From positions 62,001 through 123,978 of IMG/VR virus record IMGVR_UViG_3300020435_000116: 61,978 nt of DNA, one strand, 5' to 3'. Below are positions 9,988 through 19,415 of the stretch, in pieces. Position numbers and translations under genes: made by a program. The first letter of the stretch is position 1. Each line of letters starts with the position of its first letter. The DNA is from an uncultured virus (IMG/VR IMGVR_UViG_3300020435_000116) (taxonomy: Duplodnaviria; Heunggongvirae; Uroviricota; Caudoviricetes). The notes below the pieces were generated by a model. The model was not told where the DNA came from, did no database searches, and saw nothing but the letters and a program-made list of their open reading frames with translations.

Positions 9988-10194
9988 CTAACTTAATCCT
10001 GGTTGTAAATTAAAGAAATCATCTGTGGCTATAATGACCACATGATTGTTTTCAATGAAGTAACTGGTAAATAGCGCATCCTCAAATAAACTCAAGGCAT
10101 CTTTAGCAACGCCAAGTTTAGTTATCTGATTGCCATCTGCACTTTTTGCAATTACGTTTTTATCGCCATGGGTCTGTATGATCTCTTCAATCAT
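9988..10194 (-). CDS. Small hypothetical protein
   Basis: 68-aa ORF with RBS AAGGA between thyA and dcd. Confidence 0.7.
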   Translation of the reverse strand: MIEEIIQTHGDKNVIAKSADGNQITKLGVAKDALSLFEDALFTSYFIENNHVVIIATDDFFNLQPGLS

Positions 10195-10203
10195 GTAAGT
10201 TCC

Positions 10204-11082
10204 TTATGCTGACATTTTACCTGAAATAGGTGGGTGTGACTGATAACCTATTACCTCAAAGTCTTCATCGGTCATATGGTTAACCACATAGTCCCAATCC
10301 GTGATACGGTCACTTAACTTTATTGTAGGCATCTCATAGGGATCACGACTCAACTGTTCCGTCACCTGTTCAAAATGGTTTTCGTAGATGTGGAAGTTAT
10401 TATGGTCATGTTTAACCCAACCCGGCTTATGACCTGTTATCTTAGCCATTACCGCTAAGAAAACATAACACTGCATCATATTCCAATTCACACCTAAAAA
10501 CGCATCAGAGCTACGCTGAGTCGACGTCATGTGAAGTGTGTCGCCTAACAGTGTAAAGGTGTGGCTATACATACATGGTCTTAGCGCACCTAATTCAAAA
10601 AGACCTGGATTCCAAAACGTAACGATCTCGCCGCGATCATCTACTCCTGCTTTAAGGTTAGTGTAGACCTTTTTAAATAGATCCATGGTGTGGCCGTCAT
10701 GCGTTGGCCAGCGTTTAGCTACGCCTCCGTAAACCAAACCAATGTCATCCGTACCTTTACGATGAGGGTTATCTAACCATGCACGTGTTTCATTAGCGTT
10801 GATATCCCAGCTATCAGTACCTAGGTCTCTAAACTGCGCTGCGCTGCTAAACCCACGGAAGTAGCCGCAGAGTTCTCTAATCGCCTTACGCCAATAGCTT
10901 TTACGTGTAGTGGTAAGAGGAAATTCACCCCCTCCTACATTGTAATACATCACCGCACCTGTAACTGTGCGGCAGACCATCCCAGTACGATCATTGCGAA
11001 TGTCGTGACCGTGCTCCATGGTTGTACGTAAAAGGTCAAGATACTGTACTTCAGCTGACGGTAAGTTCTTTGGTAAGATCAT
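10204..11082 (-). CDS. thyA: Thymidylate synthase
   Basis: DRTG, FPLTTTRK, catalytic LRPC, QRSSD and HIYENH motifs. Confidence 0.95.
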   Translation of the reverse strand: MILPKNLPSAEVQYLDLLRTTMEHGHDIRNDRTGMVCRTVTGAVMYYNVGGGEFPLTTTRKSYWRKAIRELCGYFRGFSSAAQFRDLGTDSWDINANETRAWLDNPHRKGTDDIGLVYGGVAKRWPTHDGHTMDLFKKVYTNLKAGVDDRGEIVTFWNPGLFELGALRPCMYSHTFTLLGDTLHMTSTQRSSDAFLGVNWNMMQCYVFLAVMAKITGHKPGWVKHDHNNFHIYENHFEQVTEQLSRDPYEMPTIKLSDRITDWDYVVNHMTDEDFEVIGYQSHPPISGKMSA

Positions 11083-11084
11083 GG

Positions 11085-11564
11085 TTATTCCTCTATATCT
11101 CTAAAGTAATCACGCAGCTCCATGAGCATACGTCCTAAATGGTTGCTACCTTCCCCGGTGCGCATACACACGCCCCAGTATTTATCACCATGCCAATTCC
11201 CTTCGACTAGTTCTCGGTCACCAGTAGCAAGTAGCTTTTCTTTTAAATGGGGATTAAAGGTGAATTTTGCATATAACACATCCCACATACATGCTTGTCT
11301 GATATCATCCCAATTGTCTACGATGTCGATAGATCGTCCATAGCGCTTAACTTCACCGGGTTTATATAGACTTGCAATATATCTGCGAATCTCTTCATTA
11401 TCAGTCTTACAGGCTACGTAAGCGTGTTCAGAGGTCGCAAAGTAAAACAGGGGATGTGAGCGTGTTTTAAATATAGCGTTCTCAGGAAGCGGGGTTTCTA
11501 ATATGTAAAAGTTACTTAAGAACGAATATTCGCCCCTAAACATCGTTATAGCTTCAGCGCCCAT
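11085..11564 (-). CDS. NADAR-family (YbiA-like) hydrolase
   Basis: FLSNFY, SEHAYVACK, AKF..NP.L...LLATG..ELVEGN, D.YWG and G.N.LG.MLM motifs; start at 11564 behind AAGGAG. Confidence 0.92.
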   Translation of the reverse strand: MGAEAITMFRGEYSFLSNFYILETPLPENAIFKTRSHPLFYFATSEHAYVACKTDNEEIRRYIASLYKPGEVKRYGRSIDIVDNWDDIRQACMWDVLYAKFTFNPHLKEKLLATGDRELVEGNWHGDKYWGVCMRTGEGSNHLGRMLMELRDYFRDIEE

Positions 11565-11616
11565 AGTCACTCTCCTTAGTATTATAAGATCCCTAAGGGC
11601 TGTTAAATACAACATT

Positions 11617-11650
11617 GACGGCAAAAAAAGAAGGGCGTTAACCCTTCTTA
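11617..11650 (-). terminator. Intrinsic terminator with TGCCGT tail
   Basis: AAGAAGGG/CCCTTCTT stem then TTTTTGCCGTC. Confidence 0.75.
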
Positions 11651-11651
11651 T

Positions 11652-11945
11652 TTATTCAAAGTCTACTTTAGGTAGAGGTCGCATCCATTCTAATAAATGC
11701 TTGTCTATCTCAAACTTATCGTTAATTCTACCACGATTAGTGTCATCCTCGTAGCGAATAACTTTAACATGGCGTTTAGTTTGATACGCTTTGACCAGTG
11801 CGGGATTAAAGACGTTGGTGTTCCATTCCTGGTACGTCATGCTGGTATCTTTTAGGATACGCATGTCGGCGATAACTGGTGTGCATTTTTTATAGTACTC
11901 GTACGCCACCCACAATAATGCCACTAATAAAAGAAGTTTAAACAT
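11652..11945 (-). CDS. Small membrane-anchored hypothetical protein
   Basis: N-terminal hydrophobic helix MFKLLLLVALLWVAY. Confidence 0.75.
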   Translation of the reverse strand: MFKLLLLVALLWVAYEYYKKCTPVIADMRILKDTSMTYQEWNTNVFNPALVKAYQTKRHVKVIRYEDDTNRGRINDKFEIDKHLLEWMRPLPKVDFE

Positions 11946-12147
11946 TAGAACATTCCTCGTTACTATTAAAGGGTAAAGGCACTTCTACTTTTCGTGTTGC
12001 TTCAAGTTCATATTTGAAACTAAAGCCTTTGATTGACAATTTGGTTTGGTAGTCATATTCGCCTGTCTCTATGGCGTCTGCTAGACTACGAAGACGTGCT
12101 GCCACATCTTTGGCCTTGTCTTCTATGTTAAATGTTGAATCAGACAT
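11938..12147 (-). CDS. Small hypothetical protein
   Basis: 69-aa ORF with RBS AGGA. Confidence 0.7.
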   Translation of the reverse strand: MSDSTFNIEDKAKDVAARLRSLADAIETGEYDYQTKLSIKGFSFKYELEATRKVEVPLPFNSNEECSNV

Positions 12148-12155
12148 AAGGTTTC

Positions 12156-12668
12156 CTATTGTAACAAGCTAACTAAATTAGCCAAAATGTGATTAAGTGT
12201 TCGGCCGTCGTTGTCTTGTTTAATCCAAGCAGCCATATCTTTTAAACTATCAAATACAGGGGACTTTGGTGTACCTAATGTAGTAGTATCATAGAGACAA
12301 TACGATGTAGCTTCAAAGGCAGTGTAACCTTGAGTTGCATGCGTTGGATCAATTAAACCGTCTTCACAGGGTATAAAGGGAGCACCCATCCAATATAGCA
12401 GCCCGTCGATAGTAGCAAACCCTTCTTTTGCTCGACTCTTATATAGCATAATTTTATAATTGTGCTTTTCTACTAACAAACCATCGAATAAAGGAATATA
12501 GTTTCCTTCATTATCTTTTGGATGTTTCCAATCTGGCGGTACACGTCGTACTTCAACTTGGCTAGTTTTTCGTGGTACTATACCCTGACCCTTGGTCTCA
12601 GGTTTAAGATAGTGTGGCTTCTTACAGTCACCCGTATCAAAATCTATAAACGGTGTTAGTTTATTCAT
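12156..12668 (-). CDS. Conserved phage hypothetical protein
   Basis: VRRVPPDWKHP and YDTTTLGTPKSPVF motifs. Confidence 0.75.
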   Translation of the reverse strand: MNKLTPFIDFDTGDCKKPHYLKPETKGQGIVPRKTSQVEVRRVPPDWKHPKDNEGNYIPLFDGLLVEKHNYKIMLYKSRAKEGFATIDGLLYWMGAPFIPCEDGLIDPTHATQGYTAFEATSYCLYDTTTLGTPKSPVFDSLKDMAAWIKQDNDGRTLNHILANLVSLLQ

Positions 12669-12691
12669 AAACCATTTCTCTATTTAAATTC

Positions 12692-12722
12692 AGGCATAAG
12701 GGGAGGGCCGAAGCCCTCCCTA
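12692..12722 (-). terminator. Hairpin terminator with TTATGCC tail
   Basis: GGGAGGGC-TTCG-GCCCTCCC (UUCG loop on the minus strand). Confidence 0.85.
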
Positions 12723-12723
12723 A

Positions 12724-13497
12724 TTATTCACATTCACCTACGTAGTGGTTACCACTACCTTGTTTTTCACAGATACGCTGATTACGTAAACGCTCATCAT
12801 CACTCACGGGGTCTTTTAAATCCCAATAATAGAGATGCATGAGTTCTTTATCGCTTATTACAATATCAAGTGGTAATGAGTAGGCATCTAACATATACAG
12901 AAAGATGCGGGCTACATCCCCACGCATAACGTCACGCACCTCTACATATTCTTGGTTGACTTCAACATCACAACTACCAAAGTCACGCCCCTCACCATGT
13001 ATATTTGAAAACAACTTGTCTGAACGTAGGTTATTAAGCTCGCCAATGGCGGGCACTAGATTCACTAAGTCGTTTTGCGCCCGCTCGTAGATCATGTTAG
13101 TTTTCTCGCAACACGCTCTAGATGATAACAAATCCCCATCCGACTCATAACACGCAGGAATATCTTTACGTGTATCACCCCAACACATTAACCCACCACC
13201 TAACATAACCGCAGGCATGGCATGTTCAGCTTCAATGCGGTTAGCGCGCGTGCCGTTTATATTAACAGGCTGATAGTCACAGTCTGAATAATCCACACTT
13301 TTATTATCTTTAAAAGCACACCCACAATAAAACGTCTGGTTCAATGGGGGTTTGTGGATGTCCTCTACCATCCATTTTACACTGGTAGGGAATGACTTAG
13401 GAATGTCCGCTGCATAACCGGTACTTGCAGACATGATAATACCAATAGCAACGGTAGCTAGTAGTATGGTGAATAGTCCTACTGATTTTTGTTTCAT
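12724..13497 (-). CDS. endA: Secreted endonuclease I (EndA/Dns/Vvn family)
   Basis: TFYCGC, IEAEHAMPA, DLVNLVPAIGELNNLRSD, RGDVARIFLYM, DPVS and QGSGN motifs; signal peptide MKQKSVGLFTILLATVAIGIIMSASTGYA from ATG 13497. Confidence 0.9.
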   Translation of the reverse strand: MKQKSVGLFTILLATVAIGIIMSASTGYAADIPKSFPTSVKWMVEDIHKPPLNQTFYCGCAFKDNKSVDYSDCDYQPVNINGTRANRIEAEHAMPAVMLGGGLMCWGDTRKDIPACYESDGDLLSSRACCEKTNMIYERAQNDLVNLVPAIGELNNLRSDKLFSNIHGEGRDFGSCDVEVNQEYVEVRDVMRGDVARIFLYMLDAYSLPLDIVISDKELMHLYYWDLKDPVSDDERLRNQRICEKQGSGNHYVGECE

Positions 13498-14111
13498 TTT
13501 ATTATATCCTTTAAAAGGGGTGAGCGTTTTAATAATTCTTGATATAGCACAGCAAACTTCGTTGCACGTTCCGCACAAGCCTTTAGTAAAGCGGACGATG
13601 GCTTACCTGTACAGACGTGTCGTTCGAGTATGAGGATGTTACCCAGTATTAATATATGGCGCAAATACCAATCTAATACCCTATCCTGCAGCATCACGTT
13701 GAAGTTAATAACTGACTTCCTATTCCTAGCAAAGATACCACGACCTATTTTAACGGTAGGAATGCTATCTGGTAACATTACAATTTCATTAACAAGATCT
13801 TGATATATGGCATTTTGCATAGCCGTGTATGGCAGGTGTTTAACTACAGCCATAGTTACACGCGCGGCAGGTTCACTTAGACCCAACGCGTTGATCTCAG
13901 CAGTATTAAAAACGTGTGTTAGTGTAACCGATGAGGTGTTGCGGAATTGGAAGTTTTCTAGTTGTCTGAGCGATGCTTCGTAAACGTTGTTGAATCCCTG
14001 GATGAAATTACTTGCTCGTCTGTCCAAAGACGGATCAAGAAACTGCTTTAAAAACATCCGGGCTTTGTTGGCTTCCTGCCTTACAGTTATTAAATTGGCA
14101 TTGTTGCTCAT
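13494..14111 (-). CDS. Hypothetical protein
   Basis: 205-aa ORF with RBS AAGGA. Confidence 0.75.
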   Translation of the reverse strand: MSNNANLITVRQEANKARMFLKQFLDPSLDRRASNFIQGFNNVYEASLRQLENFQFRNTSSVTLTHVFNTAEINALGLSEPAARVTMAVVKHLPYTAMQNAIYQDLVNEIVMLPDSIPTVKIGRGIFARNRKSVINFNVMLQDRVLDWYLRHILILGNILILERHVCTGKPSSALLKACAERATKFAVLYQELLKRSPLLKDIIK

Positions 14112-14120
14112 TACCTATCC

Positions 14121-14657
14121 TTATATGCAAACACTTTCTTTAATAAATGCCTTGCCGTTAATTAACCGGTAAAACGTTTTTGTAAGCGTAGGCGCGTACT
14201 GCCCCATGGCTTCTATCTCACACCACGATATAGTAGGGCGATCCCATATAGTAGTACGATGGATGTTCATTGCTTTTTCAATAGCAGTTAGGTCTATTGC
14301 GTGAGGGTCGTTATGCAATTGCTCGATCTCATCTAAATGAACATTAGTCAGCAAGTCTTCTTCATACAGACGACCTGACATGATGTTAGTTAACGCAAGG
14401 ATACGCAGTTGAGCATTGTCCAAGCGGTTTACACGACACACCCACTCCAGACATGCTGTAACGCACTCTGACGACACATTCATGTCAATGCTGTACTGAT
14501 CAACCAAGGCGGTAGGTAGACCCTTAGCTGGATGTAGTGCGCCTACAACTTGTTTAAAATGCGACAGATTAGTTAGGGTAATCAGACGCTTAGCGTTGTC
14601 AGCAACACGGTGTTTAGGAGAATGAAATACGGTATTTAAAGGGATTGAATTGTTCAT
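14121..14657 (-). CDS. Hypothetical protein
   Basis: 178-aa ORF. Confidence 0.75.
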   Translation of the reverse strand: MNNSIPLNTVFHSPKHRVADNAKRLITLTNLSHFKQVVGALHPAKGLPTALVDQYSIDMNVSSECVTACLEWVCRVNRLDNAQLRILALTNIMSGRLYEEDLLTNVHLDEIEQLHNDPHAIDLTAIEKAMNIHRTTIWDRPTISWCEIEAMGQYAPTLTKTFYRLINGKAFIKESVCI

Positions 14658-14754
14658 TGTAATAATCCATTAATTTATTATTTTGGTTTAAAAGGTGTAA
14701 GCGTGTTTAAAGAACACGTCTCATAATAGTTTAAAGGCAGTGTGTATTTATATA

Positions 14755-15225
14755 CTAGCTGTCACCTGCCCTGATTATTGGAGAGTCAGGTGCTTGTATT
14801 AGTTTTAAAAGCGCAGTTTGATTTACTGGTTTAATAATGCAAGGATGGGTGTTAATCCAGTTGATCATCTCCATGGTAAGTTTAAGATCACGCCTAAAGG
14901 GAAATCCATTTTTAGCGTGTAGAGGGTGATGCTGTCTATGTAGCCAGATAGCTTCACTACTTTTATCAAACCGTACATCTAACCCATGGTGCGTCATAAG
15001 TCGCTCGATGGCATTCCAGGCTTTAAAGGGGCGAGGGAATTCGCCTTTTACTGCTTGGCGTCTAAAACTACGAGCAGTGGGTAAGTCGCTGTTGATATGG
15101 TTTACCATTAACGCATTAAAAGCCTTAACGGGTTCGGGTGACCCTTCAGCGATGTCTAACAACTGAGCTACCCGAGTTTGGTTTCTCTGATACGCTTTGA
15201 CATCTAAGGGTTTCATTCTAGCCAT
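14755..15225 (-). CDS. Hypothetical protein
   Basis: 156-aa basic ORF with RBS AAGGA. Confidence 0.75.
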   Translation of the reverse strand: MARMKPLDVKAYQRNQTRVAQLLDIAEGSPEPVKAFNALMVNHINSDLPTARSFRRQAVKGEFPRPFKAWNAIERLMTHHGLDVRFDKSSEAIWLHRQHHPLHAKNGFPFRRDLKLTMEMINWINTHPCIIKPVNQTALLKLIQAPDSPIIRAGDS

Positions 15226-15239
15226 TTATTACTTGTCCT

Positions 15240-15791
15240 TTAAGTCTTGCTTGGTTTTTTAGTAAATGTAAAATCCGCGTTTTCTGACCACGCCTTCATG
15301 CCTTTATACGGACTGGTAGGCTGGTTAAAGATACCTTGATTGCTGTCAGTAGTATTATCGAGCTTATTTATAATCACAGAGCATTTAGTTTCATCAAGAA
15401 CTAGAGTTAATGACGTTATGTATGGCATTAACGTTAACAACCAGAGACCTGACGTAGAATGAACAGACACCAGACAATGTCCATTAACTACGACCGCGCA
15501 ATGTATTCGCCTGAATACTGCGCTAAGATTAGATGTAAAAACCATCTTCCCGTTTGCATAATCAATCTCGTCATGGTCTACAAGTAATGATTCAATAAAC
15601 ACAGTTTTTGTTATAGCGTTTTCTAACTCATTCGCTAGGGCGATATAGTCATCTATAGTTCTTAATGGCTCACGTATAGACATGTCTAATTCATCAAGTT
15701 CTTTACTTAGACATTCAGTTAGTTTCGGCTTAGATATAACCTCAACGATTACGCCGCGCAACTGACATAATTTTTTAATATCTTCTTTCAT
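15240..15791 (-). CDS. Hypothetical protein
   Basis: 183-aa ORF with RBS AAGG. Confidence 0.75.
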   Translation of the reverse strand: MKEDIKKLCQLRGVIVEVISKPKLTECLSKELDELDMSIREPLRTIDDYIALANELENAITKTVFIESLLVDHDEIDYANGKMVFTSNLSAVFRRIHCAVVVNGHCLVSVHSTSGLWLLTLMPYITSLTLVLDETKCSVIINKLDNTTDSNQGIFNQPTSPYKGMKAWSENADFTFTKKPSKT

Positions 15792-15816
15792 GATTTTTTA
15801 CCTTTAGTTTCCTTAA

Positions 15817-15848
15817 GGGCATAACGGGAAGACCCGAAAGTCTTCCCT
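15817..15848 (-). terminator. Hairpin terminator with TTATGCC tail
   Basis: GGGAAGAC/GTCTTCCC stem directly after the 50-aa gene. Confidence 0.8.
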
Positions 15849-15856
15849 ATAGTTCT

Positions 15857-16009
15857 TTAGATTTTACATGCACCGCCTTCACAGCCATCGACATCGCCTT
15901 CCGTTAAAGCTTTCGCTTCTTCATCTTGCTCTGCCATACGTTCTGCATTTGCACGCTCTAGTGCTGCTTCGTCGATATCAAAATCAAAATCATCAAAACC
16001 ATCACTCAT
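15857..16009 (-). CDS. 50-aa acidic peptide ending in an NrdA-like C-terminal redox motif (GCEGGACKI)
   Basis: Translated by hand: MSDGFDDFDFDIDEAALERANAERMAEQDEEAKALTEGDVDGCEGGACKI; strong RBS AAGGAG; below the ORF-track cutoff. Confidence 0.88.
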   Translation of the reverse strand: MSDGFDDFDFDIDEAALERANAERMAEQDEEAKALTEGDVDGCEGGACKI

Positions 16010-16024
16010 GATAGTCTCCTTTTA

Positions 16025-16032
16025 GTAATGTA
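16025..16032 (-). promoter_or_regulatory. Early-type promoter variant TACATTAC
   Basis: One mismatch to TATATTAC, preceded by acc as at other sites, just upstream of the RBS of the 50-aa gene. Confidence 0.55.
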
Positions 16033-16042
16033 GGTGTTTAGG

Positions 16043-17479
16043 TTAATCGGTTTTATCACGCTCTACCCAAACGGTAATAACCGCGTTTCTTAAATGACGG
16101 TGTTCGGTAGGTCCAGGTTCTATAGCGGTAGAGTCCTGGTCGATACGCTGTAATGTGCCGTAAAGTTTAGCCACGTTACCATCTAAGATGTAGAGTAGCA
16201 GTACAGGCATACCAGGATACACCTGGTCAATATCTGCATTCTCCCAACGTATTTGAACATGAGAGCCTACTTGTCTAGATAGCCTGCTGTTTTCAACAAA
16301 CGCGTTATGCGTAATGGCATCTTTACTTAACTTAAGGAAGTTAGTATGGATACGACTCTCTACCGCAGCTTGGACTTCATGGTCTTCGTCATTAATGGTG
16401 GTTACGTTAGCACTGGTAGTACTGAACACATCCATAACCTTGTCTGCATTGACGTGGTAATAGGCATTACCATCATTCATCTGACGACGCTCACTATGGT
16501 CTTTCTGCACCACATCCCCTGTAGCCAACATATAAACCTTACCGTAATGTTTAATGGGGTCGTTGACCTTATATGTCTTTTCTACCCCAGGCATTCGATT
16601 AGCAGGCAAGTTAGCTATAGTGAGAGTTTGTTCAACACTGTCATAACGACGTGTATGATAGGCGGGAAAGATAAACCATATAGTCTTTTGGAAGAAATAC
16701 CCCATCCCCGTCTTATAAACACCATAAGTTTTCTGCAGATAATTAGGCAAGTCAACCAACCGCGTACCGTGAGGTATAACGATGTGGTCATAGACACGCG
16801 TATTGTCTGGTTCTATGATGTGTGCGCCACTTACAAGGTTTTTAAGACGCCATTCAAGATAATCCTCAGAGGTTACCGTTAACGAGCTAGGGGGTGTTTC
16901 AGGACGCTGTACGTTAGCGAAGAATAGCGTAAGTATCTGCTTTACCGTGCAGTCTTTAAAGATCCCACCTACCTCTACAACACGAAACTCATCAACAATC
17001 TGCTCGATAAGTTGTAACTCTACGTTAATAACATCTGAACGATCTCCGGTCTCCTGGTCTGATGTTGCTTCGGTAGATGCCACGACTGACGGGGACTGGT
17101 CCCCTACGATGATGCATTGATAATCCCACGACTCCTCAGCGCTATCTGTTACAATTTTACCGTTAGCTGCCGTCAATACCAACTGTCGATAAAGCTTAGC
17201 GGTGAGTCCTTGTTTATTAGGATAGATGGCGTGGGCGTATGTGCCCACACCTAATACCGCTTCAACAATAAGGGATTCACTAAACTCGTTTTGAAAGTCA
17301 CGCTGTACATCAACGGCGACTACTTTAATCGCCTCGTAAGGCGTATCACCAACGTAAAGTTCTAAACGATAACGATAGTGTTTATCGGGGCGCTTGCGCT
17401 CGTCCACGTCGTCATACTGCGTGGTAATGACATCAATGACATCGTTATAAAGCGCCGTTTCATCTACTAATCCCGCCAT
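16043..17479 (-). CDS. Virion structural protein (phiKZ gp101-like, probably baseplate hub)
   Basis: PDN...YDHIVIP.GT.L..LP.YLQ..YGVY..G.G motif; synteny. Confidence 0.7.
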   Translation of the reverse strand: MAGLVDETALYNDVIDVITTQYDDVDERKRPDKHYRYRLELYVGDTPYEAIKVVAVDVQRDFQNEFSESLIVEAVLGVGTYAHAIYPNKQGLTAKLYRQLVLTAANGKIVTDSAEESWDYQCIIVGDQSPSVVASTEATSDQETGDRSDVINVELQLIEQIVDEFRVVEVGGIFKDCTVKQILTLFFANVQRPETPPSSLTVTSEDYLEWRLKNLVSGAHIIEPDNTRVYDHIVIPHGTRLVDLPNYLQKTYGVYKTGMGYFFQKTIWFIFPAYHTRRYDSVEQTLTIANLPANRMPGVEKTYKVNDPIKHYGKVYMLATGDVVQKDHSERRQMNDGNAYYHVNADKVMDVFSTTSANVTTINDEDHEVQAAVESRIHTNFLKLSKDAITHNAFVENSRLSRQVGSHVQIRWENADIDQVYPGMPVLLLYILDGNVAKLYGTLQRIDQDSTAIEPGPTEHRHLRNAVITVWVERDKTD

Positions 17480-18033
17480 CGTCTTATATCCCTAAGTTCG
17501 CCAACATCCGCTATCATATCGGTGATGGGGTGTTTGTGATCCTTAGCTACACTGTCCTTAACAAGTTTCTGAGGGGTAGCCATTGGTGACATATTCAATA
17601 GTTTCTGTACTAACTTAGGTACAGACGTATCAGATACCATGCGAATACGTGCACTCTTATAGATCATTGCCGCCAATGCATCTAGCTGACGTAGGTCATC
17701 TTTAGGGGGTCGACGAATGTTAACACGATTATTGATCGCGTCCACCCAGTCGCTTAAGTGACCGACAATGATGTCATAGGCGCGTTGTGCGTCTTCACCG
17801 TTAATGAAACTGAAGCTCCCACCCATCTCTACGATTTCTACCATCTTAGAAATGGTTACCATGCGACGGCATTCTTGTTGGGCAAGTTGTTGGTCTTCTG
17901 CCATATTACCGGTTGAAAAAGTACCGACTTCTCTTGCTTCAACTTCAGACACCATATACATGTTAGCTACCCAGATGGTAAAGGGATAGTTAAACAGTTT
18001 AAATGCATTAGAGTGTTTGGGTTTACTAGCCAT
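17467..18033 (-). CDS. Conserved jumbo-phage protein (phiKZ gp100-like)
   Basis: TISKMVE, PPKDDLRQLD motifs; synteny. Confidence 0.65.
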   Translation of the reverse strand: MASKPKHSNAFKLFNYPFTIWVANMYMVSEVEAREVGTFSTGNMAEDQQLAQQECRRMVTISKMVEIVEMGGSFSFINGEDAQRAYDIIVGHLSDWVDAINNRVNIRRPPKDDLRQLDALAAMIYKSARIRMVSDTSVPKLVQKLLNMSPMATPQKLVKDSVAKDHKHPITDMIADVGELRDIRRWRD

Positions 18034-18035
18034 GG

Positions 18036-19406
18036 TTATAAATTCCTAACAAAGACTTTAAGCAGTAGTAATACCACTGGTATGTGATAATACTGCTGAA
18101 GTGGTGTGGCCTGATAAAGCTTCTCTAGGATAGCTTTAATATCTCCTAAGCGCAGACTATCCCCATCTAGATACTGATCAACCATGTATTCTAATTTAGA
18201 CATAGACTCCGTATCACCATCGTAGAACGGCTTACTAAATACATAGTAGCCATCCATATCTGGCTCGTAGAAATCTACAGAATCAGGCGTTTGATAGTTA
18301 TCAGCACCCTCGTCATCTAACGCATCGATAAGCGAGCTACGTTTAATACCCGCTTGCTTTTCTTTGTGCGTCAGCTCAGAGGCAGGCCAAATAACCTCTT
18401 CAATTCCCGTTAATGCAATCGATGAGAAGAACGGTTGAACGGAAAAGGCAGAGGCAGGGACTTTACGATATTGCGTTGCAGCAAAGCGTAAAAGGTCAGG
18501 CTCACGCTTAAGTAGTGCATCCCATACCGTGAGGGTGTCCGTTTCAACGTCACCACCTACTTGTTTAATAGTAGGGTATTCCATACCAAACACGTCATTA
18601 CGTGAAATGATCAAATGGAATAACTTCATCACCATGGGATCATACACCGATGCCGTATTACCGTTACTATCAGGTAGTAGTACTGTTTTGTATTCTCTAC
18701 TGTAGAACGCTTGAAGGTAATGTTGAATTAACGTGTAGTAATCAGATTTAAGGTCTTTCTCAGTAACCGCATCGCTGGTACTTAAAAAAGGATCTTCACC
18801 GTTAAGTAAATAATCTTTGTTGAAATGTCGCGTCTCAACAACTTTCTCACTTAAATCTTGTTCTACCTCACCGGTTAAGAAAGACGTCATCTGGTATTCA
18901 ATACCGTAGACCGTGTCTCTTAACATACTCATACGGCGTGAGCTGGTTATTGTGAATACACCAACACGACCATCACCTACATCGGCAGTGAACATATCGC
19001 CCGTATTAGGTACTAGACCTGGTAGAGTGGTGGCTGCGCCTGATACAGTAAATGTCCCGTCTTCAGCGTTCTGCTCTTGTGAGATCTCACTGGTTACTTT
19101 AATAGCTAGACCTGTGATTAGACGATACTGTTGATGTACTGCATCTTGCGTTAAAGCTTGGGGGTTTGCCTCAGATCCGTTAGTTAAAACTTGACCGTAA
19201 TAGTTAACCGTCCATTCTGAGCCCTCTACGTGCGCTAGTAAAGAGTTTGTCGGTAAATACGACGTATCTATCACTTCTTCAAGATGTGCTCTCTGAGCTT
19301 CTTCTGGATGCGTAATAGGTGTAACCAGGTCTTTGATCGTCTTTGCTTTATCTTCGATCTGGGTACGTGTACGTGCATCTGGCTTTGGGGGTGTCATTAA
19401 AGGCAT
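18036..19406 (-). CDS. Virion structural protein (phiKZ gp99-like)
   Basis: LLAHVEGSEWTVNYY and PNTGDMF.ADVGDGR.G.F motifs; synteny. Confidence 0.75.
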   Translation of the reverse strand: MPLMTPPKPDARTRTQIEDKAKTIKDLVTPITHPEEAQRAHLEEVIDTSYLPTNSLLAHVEGSEWTVNYYGQVLTNGSEANPQALTQDAVHQQYRLITGLAIKVTSEISQEQNAEDGTFTVSGAATTLPGLVPNTGDMFTADVGDGRVGVFTITSSRRMSMLRDTVYGIEYQMTSFLTGEVEQDLSEKVVETRHFNKDYLLNGEDPFLSTSDAVTEKDLKSDYYTLIQHYLQAFYSREYKTVLLPDSNGNTASVYDPMVMKLFHLIISRNDVFGMEYPTIKQVGGDVETDTLTVWDALLKREPDLLRFAATQYRKVPASAFSVQPFFSSIALTGIEEVIWPASELTHKEKQAGIKRSSLIDALDDEGADNYQTPDSVDFYEPDMDGYYVFSKPFYDGDTESMSKLEYMVDQYLDGDSLRLGDIKAILEKLYQATPLQQYYHIPVVLLLLKVFVRNL

Positions 19407-19415
19407 AGTTTACTC

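Noticed and set aside
10204..11082. ThyA as a base-modifying dCMP hydroxymethylase
   Set aside because: Keeps canonical ThyA motifs, including the Asn after QRS.D..LG that specifies dUMP; no modification genes nearby
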